Positions 1-30,572 are shown, numbered from the stretch's first letter. The stretch is 64,000 nt of DNA from the human T2T-CHM13v2.0 reference genome, Homo sapiens (GCF_009914755.1 NC_060927.1); one strand, 5' to 3'. Notes: generated by a model not told the origin, from the sequence alone. Made by a program: numbers and translations.

Positions 1-232
1 AGCTGGGACTATAGACACATGCCACCACACCTAGCTAAGTTTGTTGTTGTTGTTTTTGTTGTTTTGCTGTACACTAAAATTATCTGGGGACCGACTAAGT
101 TGTTTTTGTTTTTTTTTTAATGGAGACAGGGTCTCACTATGTTATCCAGGCTGGTATCAAACTTCTGGCCTCAAGCAATCCTCCGCCTCAGGCTCCCAAA
201 GTGCTGGAATTACAGGCATGAGCCACCCAGCC
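1..232 (-). mobile_element. Alu (AluJ-like), partial at window edge
   Basis: agctgggactatag...cctcaagcaatcctcc...cccaaagtgctggaattacaggcatgagcc is the Alu reverse complement. Confidence 0.85.
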
Positions 233-580
233 CTACAATCCCCCTTCTTAACCTTAATTGTTCTCAACCCACTCACTCCTAGCAATAAGTCTACAATAAC
301 CTGGTTCTAAAAGTGCTGTTTAGAAAGACAAAGTGAAATCACTGATACTTACTTGGTTTCCTTTTCAAATTGACTATATACATGAACTGCCAAGATGCCT
401 TCCACTGGGTCAAAATGTTCCTCTCAGATTTTCTCACATCTTAAGGAAATCTAAAAGCTACATAGCAACTACTCACGCTTAATCTTTAAAAAAAAAAAAA
501 AAAAAAAGCAAAGTGATTCCAAAAACTGTCAAGAGCAAAAGTTTACAGAGCCAAAGGATTGATCACCAAATTCAGAAACA

Positions 581-644
581 AGATTAGGAAAGAACAAGAC
601 ACTATGAGATTAGGAAGAACAAGACACTATGAGATTAGGAAGAA
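581..644. repeat. 25-bp tandem repeat, ~2.5 copies
   Basis: agattaggaagaacaagacactatg at 581-606 (one extra A) and 607-631; partial copy at 632-644. Confidence 0.9.
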
Positions 645-904
645 TCTACTCTCTGACTAAAGCTAAGCCGCCTATATATAAGAAAATCCAGGTGCTTCCT
701 TCACTGTCAGCAAACAATGGAAAATGACTTTTTAATAGGTAATATAAATGTATTTGTAAATTTGAAAATTTTAACAAAGGGATGCTGGAATGACAAATAT
801 TTGAAGAGACTACTTAAAAAACAAGTGAGACAGAGTAGGAAAATGTGTTAAGACATCCTCCAGCACTGTATGTGTTTTTACACTGGGGAAAGGGAGACTC
901 ACTA

Positions 905-1955
<1,051 letters not shown>

Positions 1956-2239
1956 TAAATTTAAAAAATACCCACTAAGAATATCTAGTGCCTTTCCAAT
2001 TCCATAATCAACTACCTTTTTATTACTGATTAGGCAGCCCAGAACAATGGAGGTGTCCTGGTCAGTGGACAATTAAATCCAATTGTGCACATGGCACTTA
2101 ATACTTCCAACATGCATTAACTGGTATCTGGTTTATCAGTCTCTGGTGAGTTTGTTTACTTTGCATGAATAAATTCTCAAGCACTTGAATCATCCCAATG
2201 TAAACCAAAATTCTGAAGTTTCTGAACTACTATGTGGGG

Positions 2240-2340
2240 GTTGGAGAGACCTTGGTTTGGTTGGATACCATTTTTGCCACTTAACTATCTGTGTGACCTC
2301 TTCTTCCCATCAGTCTCAATTTCCTCATCTGTTAACAAAC
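2240..2340 (+). mobile_element. MIR fragment
   Basis: gccacttaactatctgtgtgacct...tctcaatttcctcatctgt resembles the MIR core. Confidence 0.6.
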
Positions 2341-2988
2341 ATAGCTAGTGCCTGGGAGATGGCAAGTGCTCAAAAAGTGACAGCTTTATTATTTTGAAGC
2401 TAAATTTGAAAGGAAGTGTGTAACTGAGGTGAAAACATTTCATTTGAAAAGTAGTAGTACGGATCAGCAAACTACGTTAATTTAAAAGACACAGCCTGAA
2501 GAGAGATGTCCCAATCTTTGGAGTTGAGAAAAGCAAAGTTTAAAAGTTGCAAGTAAAGTACACACTGCACAGTACAGATGGGAGTCTCCTGCTTAGCAAC
2601 TTTAATGTTGTCTACCAAACACCCAGCTTGTAATAGAGCATGACAACTGTTCACTCTAAATCCATGTGCTCAGCTTGGATTCAGGATTGATTTATAAAAA
2701 TAGCTGCTGGTGGTGCTCTTTGAATCTCTTTGGGCTGATGACTGGGCAGTGTTACCCCAAAGGCCTAGAGCAGCTGTATTCCCTCACCACACCCATTTCT
2801 CTGTCTACCCAGCCAAGCTGACGGCACCCTGCCCCCGCCCCCCATCTCTACAGCATACTATTCACCCTCCTCCTGGGCTGAGTGAGCAAATTACAAGCAC
2901 AAATATCCCCTGATGCAATGCCACAACCATCCCTGGGAAAGAGCAGAGGCAGTTGCCAAAAGCACAGCAGCAGGGAAATGGGCGGGAG

Positions 2989-3037
2989 ACGCGCGCGCGC
3001 GCACACACACATACACACGCACGCGCACACACACGCA

Positions 3038-3078
<41 letters not shown>
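2989..3078. repeat. 90-bp perfectly alternating purine-pyrimidine (GC)n/(CA)n tract
   Basis: Alternation checked base by base from 2989 to 3078. Confidence 0.95.
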
Positions 3079-3082
<4 letters not shown>

Positions 3083-4072
3083 AGAAACACTGCAATGCTA
3101 TGCAACCAGGGAGAGAGAATCGAGAGGCCCTGGGGAGCAATACTGTAACAGGACCAGAGAAGGCAAAGGAGAAAAGGGGGTTTCCAGTAGAAAGCTGGGT
3201 AACACTAACCTTCGCGAGGAACACGTATTTCATCCGAGCTTGGGTCCTAAAGCACAAACCTAAAGGTAATCAATCACTGCCTCTTCCCCAAAGCAGCAAA
3301 TGCATTTAATTTACCCGTTCCTGGAAGTGAGCAAAACCCTCACAACTCCTCCACAGGACAATTTCACCAAAGGGATCTAACTCACACCGGCGGAGAACTT
3401 GTTCCATGTGCTAAATCACAATCTCTGTTCTGGGTAATGTTTCCAACTGCCTCTCCTAGTCCCTGTACCCTCCCCACCCCCACCCTAATGTGACCCTTTC
3501 GCACTCCCACTGCCAGACACACGCTTTAGTCCCCACACAGTGTCGGGGCCTTTGCAAGGGGGAAGAGCCCCGCCTAGGGCCCGGTTCTCCAGACCACCCC
3601 TCAGCCCCACCCATAATCCCTGACTGGACATACTAAGGCTCACCTCAGCCTCACATCAACTGACCCCCACAAAGCCTCAGAAAACGACCCCTGAGTTCTC
3701 CTACACCTCCGAACCCCACCCAGGGCCCCAGACTGCGGCCGACCCTCGCTCCGCGGCTCAGCCCCATCCAGAGCCCAAGGCATGTCGCTCGGCCCCACCG
3801 CCCCGACCCTCAAAAGCTGGACCTCTCAGCCCCCCTCACTCCAAAGACCCCCCTAGATCGCGCCTCAAAGACTCCGAAGGTCAAAGCCGCCAGCCCCCCG
3901 CCTGGCCCCCTCCCTCGGACGCCCCCGCGTCTCGCAGGCCGGCGGCCACCGCCCTTCCACGCCTCGGGCGGGCCCCGTGGGGTACCCAGCTGCCGCAGGG
4001 CAAGGCTCGGGCAGCCCCGGGACAGTGAGGAGGCCGCCCCTCCAATCGGACCCCGCCTGCGGCTGCACCTAC

Positions 4073-4230
4073 CCGCCGCCGCCGAGACGGAGCTGGGGCA
4101 GAAGGGAGCCAGGAGAGCGCCGGGAAGAGCCGTGAGGAGGTAGGAGACGTCGGGAGGAGCCGGGAGCCAGCGAGCTAGCCGGAGGGGCGGGGCGCAGGGA
4201 GGCGGCCGCTTCCTCGTCGCCTCTTGAGGG
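4073..4230 (-). other. MAP4: Non-coding first exon (5'UTR) of a minus-strand gene, probably MAP4; 5' end uncertain
   Basis: Minus strand ...cttctgccccagctccgtctcggcggcggcgg|GTAGGT, donor at 4072-4067; matches my recollection of the MAP4 mRNA leader that continues gcagttgcagtggtgcagaATG in the next exon. Confidence 0.7.
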
Positions 4231-4708
4231 CCGGCGCAAGGGAGGGACGCCGCCACCGCCTACCCGGCGAGCGCCGCCGCTCCGGCCAATAAGCGTGGCG
4301 AGGGGGAGGGCGGAGGGCTGTGGCGGACCAATGGGTGCTGGCCCTGCCGCCACGACGTCTCTGCAGAGCTGCCCGAGCCGCGGGCGGTTGGGGCGAGGTG
4401 CGCCTGGGGGCTCTAGCCTCCCGCCTGCGGCCTGCGAATGCCGAAGCGGACCGCAGGCCGATCGACTGCCTTCGCTGTTCTATGATGGCCGTCGCTCTCT
4501 CTCAGAGTCTGGGCGCCCGGAGCGAGGAGAGTGCGAGAGTCGGCGCACACGCGGACCGGGCCACCAGCGGGTGGGGCCTGTGGGCTCTGTGATGTAACTT
4601 GGGAGGGGCGCGGGGCGGGGCCTAGGTCGCGGGCCATCTGGGCTCTGGAAGGAACCCTTAGAGGAGCGGGAGGACGCCACAGGTCCTCGGCGGGGCTCCG
4701 CTCCCGTG

Positions 4709-6437
<1,729 letters not shown>

Positions 6438-6438
6438 G

Positions 6439-6791
<353 letters not shown>

Positions 6792-7699
6792 CCCAGCCTT
6801 CTTTAAGTTAAGACAGTCACCATGTTATGTGTAGAGCTAGAGACCCAGGAGTGATTCTCAGTTATTCCCTTCCTTTTCCCCTCATACCTACCAGATTTTC
6901 CTCCTGCCTCAGAAACAGCTCCACTGACACATGCTGTTCTGGTTCAGTCCTTTTTCTTTTTCCTGTATCCTGCCATAGTTTCTTTCAAGCCTTCCCCTTG
7001 CTCCTGCTTCAGTCCAAATATCACAACCTTCTGTACCATCCCCTTCCATTCATAATATCCTCCTGCATCCCTTGTATGCCTATTACAACACTTACCATAT
7101 ATGTGATAGTTATTTGTATAAATATGGATCTGCCTGGCCAGGCGAGGTGGCTCATGCCTGTAATCCCAGCACTTTGGGAGGCCAAGGTGGGCAGATCACG
7201 AGGTCAGGAGATCAAGACCATCCTGGCTAACAAGGTAAAACCCCGTCTCTACTAAAAACTAATATATATATATATATATATCTGCCCTAACAGATTGCAT
7301 CTCAAAGTACAGGTTCATTCTATTTCCCCACTTGCAGTGGAAAAGAACATTCCCTCCAGTTCCAGGGTGCCCAGGATGAAAAGCATAGAACCACCTATTC
7401 TGGGCATACTGCCTATGGGATTGCCCTGCTCCACAAGCAGCAGTAATAAAAAAGAAAGAAAAACAAGAAAAGCATAGAACCTCAACATCTCAAAGTTGGA
7501 AAGGATCTTAGCAAGCACTCAGTCTCATGTCTAAGGATGTATTCTTGAGACTTTACAAGTTCACAATAAGCCATCTCAGGATTATATTTGAGTTATCCTT
7601 TAAAAGCATGCTTTATGTCTATTCATCCAAATTTTGATGAAAATGTAGGCCAGGACACAAACATTGGCAGAATCCAATAGCTTATCTTAGAGGCTTTCC

Positions 7700-7910
7700 T
7701 CCAGTTTTAACCTAAACCCCTTCAATGGCTTTTCATTGCATCAGAATCCTAAACATGTATTTCAAGACCTCGTGCAATGATGCTGCCTCTGTCTTGCCTC
7801 ATCATCTGCCTTTTTTCTCACTATGCCCAGTATCATCTGCCTTCTCTGTTTCTTGAACTTTCTCTTGTCAAGGCCCTCCTCATATTGTTTCCTCTGCCTA
7901 TCCTAATGTA
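7700..7910 (+). mobile_element. L2 fragment
   Basis: cccttcaatggcttttcattgc...ttgtttcctctgcct resembles the L2 3' region. Confidence 0.5.
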
Positions 7911-7929
7911 TGATTAATATGATTTTCTA

Positions 7930-9935
<2,006 letters not shown>

Positions 9936-10083
9936 GGGATTGGAAGAATGCACCAAAAAAAAAAAAAAATGGCTAGCCTTGGGTGGTAAGATTACATAGT
10001 TATCATTTACTCCTTTATGCTTTTCCAAATTTTATACTATAAATCATTTATTTCTTTTTATAGTCAGAAAAAGATCAATGAAA

Positions 10084-11325
<1,242 letters not shown>

Positions 11326-11550
11326 ATCAATAAATACTTTTTTAAAATTTTTATTCTTATTTTTATTTTATCTCTTACAGAAAGGAAATAAATACATTTT
11401 AAGGTAAGGCAAGCAACAGCAACAACAAAAATCTTCACAGAGCGAAACAATAAAAACTGATGTGGTACTGAGTAATAAAACTAACAATAGGTTGTAAGAC
11501 TTTCTATAGAAAAATATTATAAAACTTTACAACTTTTAGAAGAAAATATA

Positions 11551-11860
11551 GGGTCGGGATGCTGTGGCTCACACTTGTAATCCCAAAACTTTGGGAGGCC
11601 GAGGTGGGTGGATCGCTTGACCTCAGGAGTTCGAGACCAGCTTGGGTGACATGGTAAAACCTCATCTCTACAAAAAATACAAAATTAGCTGGGCCTGGTA
11701 GTGCACACCTGTAGTCCCAGCTACTCGGGAGGCTGAGAGGGAAGGATCGCTTGAACCCATGGAGGCGGAGGTTGCAGTGAGCCAAGATTGTGCCACTGCA
11801 CTCCAGCCTGGGTGACAGAGTGAGACTCTGTCTCAAATAAATAAATAAATAAATAAACCT
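11551..11860 (+). mobile_element. Alu
   Basis: Full dimer with (TAAA)n tail. Confidence 0.9.
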
Positions 11861-12264
11861 ATTTAAAAAAAAGAGAGAAAAGAAAATATTGAGCAATATC
11901 TTGATGCTCTCAGGGTGGGAATCTTATTGCAATTTCTTGGTACCAAAGCTTGTCAGATAAACACAATTTTGCATACCAATTTTATCATAATTTATGATGT
12001 TTATGTTAGGATTCCATGGGAAGAGGGAAGTACAATTACATGGATTAGAATTTGAATAGAATAGAGTCATAGCATTTTAAGAACCAGAAGGGTCTTTCAG
12101 AGGTTCTTTTGGATTATTTTAGCCCAATCCTTTTTCAAGTGTAGTAATTGAGATATGTTGAGGACCCACAGAAAAATGGCAGAATCCAGGCTTGAACTCA
12201 TTTTCTTACTCTCATCTGGGTGCTTGTTGCACTTACCCCTTCTTTCATCTTTAAATTAATGTAG

Positions 12265-13517
<1,253 letters not shown>

Positions 13518-13614
13518 AAAACTCCTATCTCTTAAAGCCATCGTTGGCCAATAAACCCCTATTGATGTAAGCCACCATTAGTATCTGTCATTTGCAGCTA
13601 AATGCAATCCCAAC

Positions 13615-13760
13615 TGATATATGGAGTAAAAGTCCTGGACTACGAGTTGAGAAACCCCATTACAGTCCCAGCTCTGCCAGGAACAAGCTATGTGGCCTTG
13701 GGCAAGCCATTTCCCATCTCTGGACCTCAGGTTCCTCATCTCTACCAGGGGAAGTAGAAC
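13615..13760 (+). mobile_element. MIR
   Basis: agtcccagctctgcc...tgtggccttgggcaagccattt...tctggacctcaggttcctcatct. Confidence 0.75.
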
Positions 13761-14032
13761 AAGATGGTGATGGTCTCTTTCACCTCTTACTTTCTTTGGT
13801 CTCATTCATCGTTCATGCTGTATAGTGTGTAATATGGCACTTCTTTCCTCTATGACTACTTCTTTCAAGGTTCACCCAGTGTTCCCTTGTTCCTGTGACC
13901 TCAGGACTAATTACAAGGGCCCGTCTCCTTTGAGTGAATGTAACACCTTTGGGGCATTCCCTGAACACAAAGTCCCTCTAGCTAGATCCTTATTTTCTCT
14001 TCCTTTGGTTAATTTTTTTTTTCTTTTTCTGA

Positions 14033-14235
<203 letters not shown>

Positions 14236-14555
14236 TAACATGCCCACCTCTGCCCCTAACCCCTAAACATGCTATGTGATTTCCCCTTTTGGGGCTTCAA
14301 ATGCATCATTTATGAAATAAGAGGGTGGCAGACTGTCAAAGGGCCCTTCAAGCCCTGGCATTCTAAGACTGAATTATAGCTTCTAATTTTCTTCTTTCAC
14401 TGTGATAGCACTTTGCTTGTTGTGAAGCGCTTTGCTCTCTGGTGTGAGAGGTTAGGCTTTCTATGACTCTGAGATAATCTGAGTTAGTATTACTATCCAC
14501 ATTTTGAAGTTGAGGAAACAGATTTAGGGATGTGAAGTTGTGTACCCAAGATCAC

Positions 14556-15439
14556 TGATGGGGCTCAGGGCACCCCACCCCAAAATATGACTATAGGAGA
14601 TCACAGCATGCCACCCCAAAATGTACCTCTTTGGCATATTTGAGCTGATTATTCTGAGAAACTGCAGACACAGGAGTAGCTCTGAAAATTTGTCCTTTTA
14701 TAAAAGAACTTCACATCTATAAAGGAAATCTACATTAGTAGATTATCTGTATTAGGAAGATAACTGCTCTGAGATAACATTTTATCTTATCTTTTATTTT
14801 ATTTTATTTTATTTTATTTTATTTTGAGACAGAGTCTCACTCAGTTTCCCAGGCTGGAGGGCAGTTGCACAATCTCAGCTCACTGCAACCTTCACCTCCC
14901 AGGTTCAAGCGATTCTCATGCCTCAGCCTTCCGAATAGTTGAGATTACAGGCTCGTGCCACCACACCCAGCTAATTTTTTGTATTTTTAGTAGAGATGGG
15001 GTTTCACCATGTTGGCCAGGCTGGTCTTGAACTCCTGACCTCAAGTAATCTGCCCACCTCAGCCTCCAAAAGTGCTGGGATTACAGGCACAAGCCACCAC
15101 CCCCAGCCCTGAGATAACCTTTATTACCTGAGAGACTTTTTATCTGCATAGCAGAATGCCCTTGGTTCATATATGTTTCCTCCCCTTGCCCTCCTGTGGC
15201 TTGTTGCCACCTACCCCTCCCTCAGGCAGGTCTGTATTCCTTTCTGTAGCTCAGGATGCTATATAAGCTTCAATAGTCTGACCCTTCTAAGGGTCTTATG
15301 TTTTGTGGGACTCCTGTGTGTATATACATAATTAAATATACTTTTTCTCTTGTTAATCTGTCTTATTTGAATTTAATTCATAGCCTGGCCAAAGAACCTA
15401 GAAAGATAGAGGGGAGACATTTTCCCCTCTCCTAGTACA
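14556..15439 (+). mobile_element. MER34/MER39-group ERV1 solo LTR, inserted in a MIR and containing an AluS (~14790-15108)
   Basis: TG start tgatggggctcaggg..ccccaaaatatg; atataagc TATA and attaaa; CA end; Alu TSD ctgagataac; flanks rejoin as MIR (cccaagatcac|acacctagt). Confidence 0.7.
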
Positions 15440-15480
15440 CACCTAGTTACCCAACCAGTAAGTGGTAGATCTGGAACTAG

Positions 15481-16132
<652 letters not shown>

Positions 16133-16533
16133 TGATTTTTTTGTTTGTTTTTTCTCTTTCCCTTTTCTCTCCAGGATCTGCTTCCTGGCTATAATCATAA
16201 TTGCTCTCTCTGTTCAGAGCTCACCATAGATCACTCAGAATTAGCCAACTATGGCCAATTCAGTAAGCCTTTGGTGAGAGCCTGCTTCAGAAAAGGTTTT
16301 CTGAGAGGAGATGAACATAAAAGGATTATTTTAAAAGATGCTTGCCTTAGCTCTTTGGCCCTTCCTCACTTAGCTTGGAATGAAACAATGGGCAGATTGG
16401 ATAAACTAACTTGTATTTAAGAAAGAGCTGCACATAATCATGGAATTCCTGTGGGCACAGTCCACACTGACTCAATTAGTGTGGACAGAGGACTTTGCAG
16501 GGAAGCATTTTTTAAACACTTAGGCATAATTTT

Positions 16534-17247
<714 letters not shown>

Positions 17248-17569
17248 TTACCAAGAGTCACCTATTTTATTTTATTTTATTTTGAGATAGTTTCACTCTG
17301 TCATCCAAGCTGGAGTGCAGTAGTACAATCTTAGTGGACTATAGCCTCGAACTCCTGGGCTCCAGCAATCCGCCCACCTCATCCTCCTGAGTAGCTAGGA
17401 TCACAGGTATGTGCCACCACACCTGGCTAATTTTTTTATTTTTTGTAAAGACAAGGTCTTGACGTGTTGCCCAGCCTGGTCTCTAACTCCTGGTCTCTAG
17501 CGATCCTCCCACCTCAGACTCCCAAAATGCTGGGATTACAGGCATGAACCACTGTCCCAAGCCTATTTT

Positions 17570-20382
<2,813 letters not shown>

Positions 20383-20405
20383 GTGTGGATTCACCTTTTT
20401 TTTGA

Positions 20406-20567
<162 letters not shown>

Positions 20568-21111
20568 TAGAAACAGGGTTTCACCATGTTGGCCAGGCTG
20601 GTCTTGAACTCCTGATGTCAGGTGATCTGCCCGCTTCAGCCTCCCAAATTGCTGGAATTACAGGCATATGCCACCGTGCCCGGCCAATTCACCTATTTTT
20701 AACACTTTGCCCATTTGCTTAATTATGTGCTATATACATATACCACACACAAATAATATTTTTTGAGCCATTTGAATGTGGGTCATACGCATTATAACTT
20801 TTTACCCCTAAATACTTCAGTGTGTATTTCTAATAATAAGGATATTTCTTATACAATACAGATTTCAATCTCAGTAAATTTAACATTGATTCAAGAATTC
20901 TATTTAATCTCCCATCCATGTTCCAATTTTGTCAGCTGACCCAGTAATATCCCTTATAGCATTGTTTTTCTCTTCCGGAGCAGTAGCCAAATACCACATT
21001 CAGTTGTCATGTCTCTTTAGTTTCCGTTAATATGGACCGTTTTCACAGCCTCTGTGTGTGTGTGTGTGTCTTTTATGACATTGATATTTTTTAAGAATAT
21101 AGCTACCCCTA

Positions 21112-21752
<641 letters not shown>

Positions 21753-22759
21753 AAATGAGAATGTGTCTCATTTGGAGTGTCTGATTTTTTTCTCATAGTT
21801 ATGTTTCAATTATGCGTGCGAGTCCAGAATACTGCACAATTGATGCTGTGTTCTTTTCAGGGCTTCTCATTTTGGGAGGCATGTGGTGTGTCCATCTGAC
21901 CCTCACTGGTGGATGTTCATTTTGGTTATCAAGTCGTTTTCTGACTTCTCTGTATTGCTACCATTTTTTCCCTTGCAACTAACAAGCAATCTGTGGAGAG
22001 ACTGGAGAGACGCTCTAAGACGGGCTTATATCCTGATCCTCATCAAAATATCTCCAAGATACAGATAGCACCCATTGATGATTCTTTTTTTTTTTTTTTT
22101 TTTTTTTGATACAAGCTCTCACTTTGTCGCCTAGGCTGTAGAGCAGTGGCACAATCTCAGCCCACTGCATCCTCTGCTTCCCAGGCTCAAGCCATCCTCC
22201 CACCTCTGCCTCCTGAGTAGTTGGGACTACAGGTGTGCACCACCACACCTGGCTAATTTTTGTATTTTTTGTAGAGATGGGGTTTTGCCGTGTTGCCCAG
22301 ACTGGTCTCAAACTGGTGAGCTCAAGCAATCCGTCTGCCTCAGCTTCCCAAAGTGCTGGGATGACAGGGGTGAGCCATCATGCCCAGCCCAATAATTCTT
22401 TTCTAAATCAGTCTTTGCTGTAATGGTTGCACAGTGATGATGACTTTCCATTCCACCTTTCCCTCCACATTTGCCTGTTTGATACTCAACATTTTGATAT
22501 AAACTACATTCCTCCCTTCTCAAGGGGTACAGTTTTGACATCTTTCGAGGTAAGTGAGATCTGGAGTTCCACTAGAAAGCAGACATTCTTGTGTAAGGCA
22601 AGAGAAGGAGATAGCCTGCCTTGCCCAGTCCTTGAAAGCAGAGAAAGAGTGACCTGGGCCAGTTACTCCAAGGACTCCAGCTAAAGGAGCCGAGACTTTC
22701 AGAAAAACAAAGAAGCAGAGAGGAATATGCAGAGGCTTCACAAACAGGCTCAGTTTCAC

Positions 22760-23090
22760 ATTGTCTCTTCCTGTTACCTGCTGTGTGATCTTCCTCAGCT
22801 CATCAGCTCACCTAGCTTCTCTTGGCCTCTGTTTCCTAAGTAGTAATATGGGATAATTCTTACCTTAGAGGCTCATTGGGAAGATCGATGGAAACAATTC
22901 TCATATTTTGCTAGGCCCACAGTGTGCTTAATGACAGATGCATATTATATAGAATATGGGGAAATTATTTTGTGCTTTAATTTTGTTTCATTTCAACAAA
23001 TGTTTACTCAGAACCGATCATACAGTAAGCCATTGTGCTTGGAGCTGGAGACAAAATAAATCAGCCCCTAAAAGTTCACAATCCAGAGGA
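22760..23090. mobile_element. MIR and L2 fragments
   Basis: ggcctctgtttcct..atgggataatt..cttagagg (MIR); catttcaacaaatgtttact..gtgcttggagctggagaca (L2). Confidence 0.55.
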
Positions 23091-23184
23091 AGGAAAATAC
23101 AAATTTAATTCCACTCCTAGGTATTTACCCAAGAGAAATAGAAACATATATCCACATAAAGATTTGTTAAGAATGATCATAGTA

Positions 23185-25192
<2,008 letters not shown>

Positions 25193-25227
25193 ACAACTTT
25201 ATTCTTAATAGCCACAAACTGGAAACA

Positions 25228-26913
<1,686 letters not shown>

Positions 26914-26917
26914 TGTT

Positions 26918-26935
26918 TGGTGTCAGAAGTGGGAT
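26918..26935 (+). promoter_or_regulatory. Retroviral primer-binding site complementary to tRNA-Leu(CAA)
   Basis: TGGTGTCAGAAGTGGGAT is the reverse complement of the tRNA-Leu 3' end ATCCCACTTCTGACACCA, 4 nt after the LTR end. Confidence 0.9.
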
Positions 26936-27475
26936 TTACTACACCAGCCCTGCTCATGGAAACATGTAGTTTGGGAAGAAAAAGGATAAAGGGTGGGAGG
27001 TGAGGAACTTTTGATTCCTGGGTGGCCGTGTGGTCCCCCATGGTACGAAGTATCAGCTGTGCTACAATCAGTTACAAAAGGTAAAAGTTACCAATAAAAT
27101 TTAGAGATGGATCCAACTCCCAGGGAGTAGGTTTACCAAATGGATAAAGAAATGCAAACTAGGCTGGGTGCAGTGACTCACGCCTGTAATCCCAGCACTT
27201 TGGGAGGCCGAGGCGGGAGAATCACTTGAGGTCAGGATTTCCTCAACACCAGCCTGGGTGACATGGTGAAACCCTGTCTCTAATAAAAATACAAAAATTA
27301 GGTCGGGCACGATGGCTCATGCCTGTAATCCCAGCACTTTGGGAGGCTTCAGCAGGCAGATCACCTGAGGCCAGGAGTTTGAGACTAGCCTGACCAACAT
27401 GGAGAAACCCCAACCCTACTAAAAATACAAAGTTAGCCAGGCGTAGTGGCATGCGCCTGTAATCCCAGGTACTCA

Positions 27476-27580
<105 letters not shown>

Positions 27581-27949
27581 TCAAAACAATGACAACAACA
27601 ACAACAAAAATACAAAAATTAGCTGGGCATGGTGGTGCGGGCCTGTAGTCCCAGCTACTTGGGAGGCTAAGGTGGGAGGATCACTTAAGCCTGGGAGGTG
27701 GAGATTGAAGTGAGCCTAGATTGCACCACTGCACTCCAGCCTGGGTGACAGAATGAGACCATGTCTCAAAACAACAAAAAAGAAATGCAAACTAATAAGA
27801 AAAAAACACAAAATTTCAATTCCTTGTTTACTGTTATATATAATAGCTAAAAATGAAAGTAAAAGGGAGTTCTGGGTCAATCTTGATGCTAGACTAAGTT
27901 TAGCTTTCAGTTAGTCTGAGCTTTGGCCACAAGCCACAAAGCCTCCCCC

Positions 27950-28445
27950 AGAAGGGAAAAATTATAGAGAGACAACAGAAAGTACCTCTAAGACCTGTGG
28001 TTACCAAAAAGGCAGTCAATGCGGGGAAGCAGCAAAACCAAGATACTGTGAAAACTAGAGGGATAGTATGAAGGAAGCGTTTCATTTTGCAGATTGGTAT
28101 CATCAGGCTCCTGAGGAGGCTTTACTAAAATGGATTTTGAGAGCAACAAATTTAGGAGCAGTATCTTTGGTTTGAAGTGCTGCAGAGTGAAAGAGCATGT
28201 TTGGGTTGATACAGGACCCACAGCTCACTATGGAACAATCACAGATAGCTCTACGACACACAGACACATAGGAGGTTATTCCCAAGGGAACAGCCAGCCT
28301 GATGGACTGGATAAAAGCCATGGTAAGGTCTGTTTACCCTGCAAAGGGGGACTGCCTGGCTCCACCTACAAATGCCAAATAGAACACTCAGATGAAGCAG
28401 CTGATATACTTCATATGCAAGCCATATGGGACTGGCTTTAGGATA
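27950..28445 (+). pseudogene. Decayed ERVL gag remnant
   Basis: From 28068: MKEAFHFADWYHQAPEEALLKWILRATNLGAVSLV*SAAE*KSMFGLIQDPQLT..KGTASLMDWIKAMVRSVYP..*NT, frameshift, DEAADILHMQAIWDWL; resembles HERV-L Gag motifs WILRV, KGSNSLFAWL, EEGIQRLREIGMLEWI. Confidence 0.7.
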
Positions 28446-28611
28446 AATGACATATTCACTCACTTAATATTGCCAAGAACCCTTTAATGGGAACCCCAGC
28501 CCCCTAAAATAACTATATTGCTGCAAAAGGGAAAGACAATTCGGGAAGCCTTATCAAATGTACTGTCTCAGATTCCCCTCACGAGTCTTTCAGATGCTAA
28601 TAAAAACACTA

Positions 28612-29065
<454 letters not shown>

Positions 29066-29095
29066 TGTGTGTTTTTTGTTTTTTTTTTTTTTTAG

Positions 29096-29254
<159 letters not shown>

Positions 29255-29375
29255 TAGTAAAGACAGGGTTTCACCATGTTGGCTAGGCTGGTCTTGAACT
29301 CCTGACCTCGTGATCCACCCACTTCGGCCTCCCAAAGTGCCGGGATTACAGGCGTGAGCCACCACACCCAGCCCC

Positions 29376-30572
<1,197 letters not shown>

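Noticed and set aside
581-644. 25-bp direct repeats as a CRISPR-like array
   Set aside because: Copies are contiguous with no spacers; eukaryotic intron.
2848-3309. ORFs rich in VCVC/THTH/ARAR
   Set aside because: Stop-free reading through a dinucleotide microsatellite.
26918-26936. tRNA-Leu gene
   Set aside because: Only the 3' 18-19 nt including CCA, directly after an LTR; it is a PBS.
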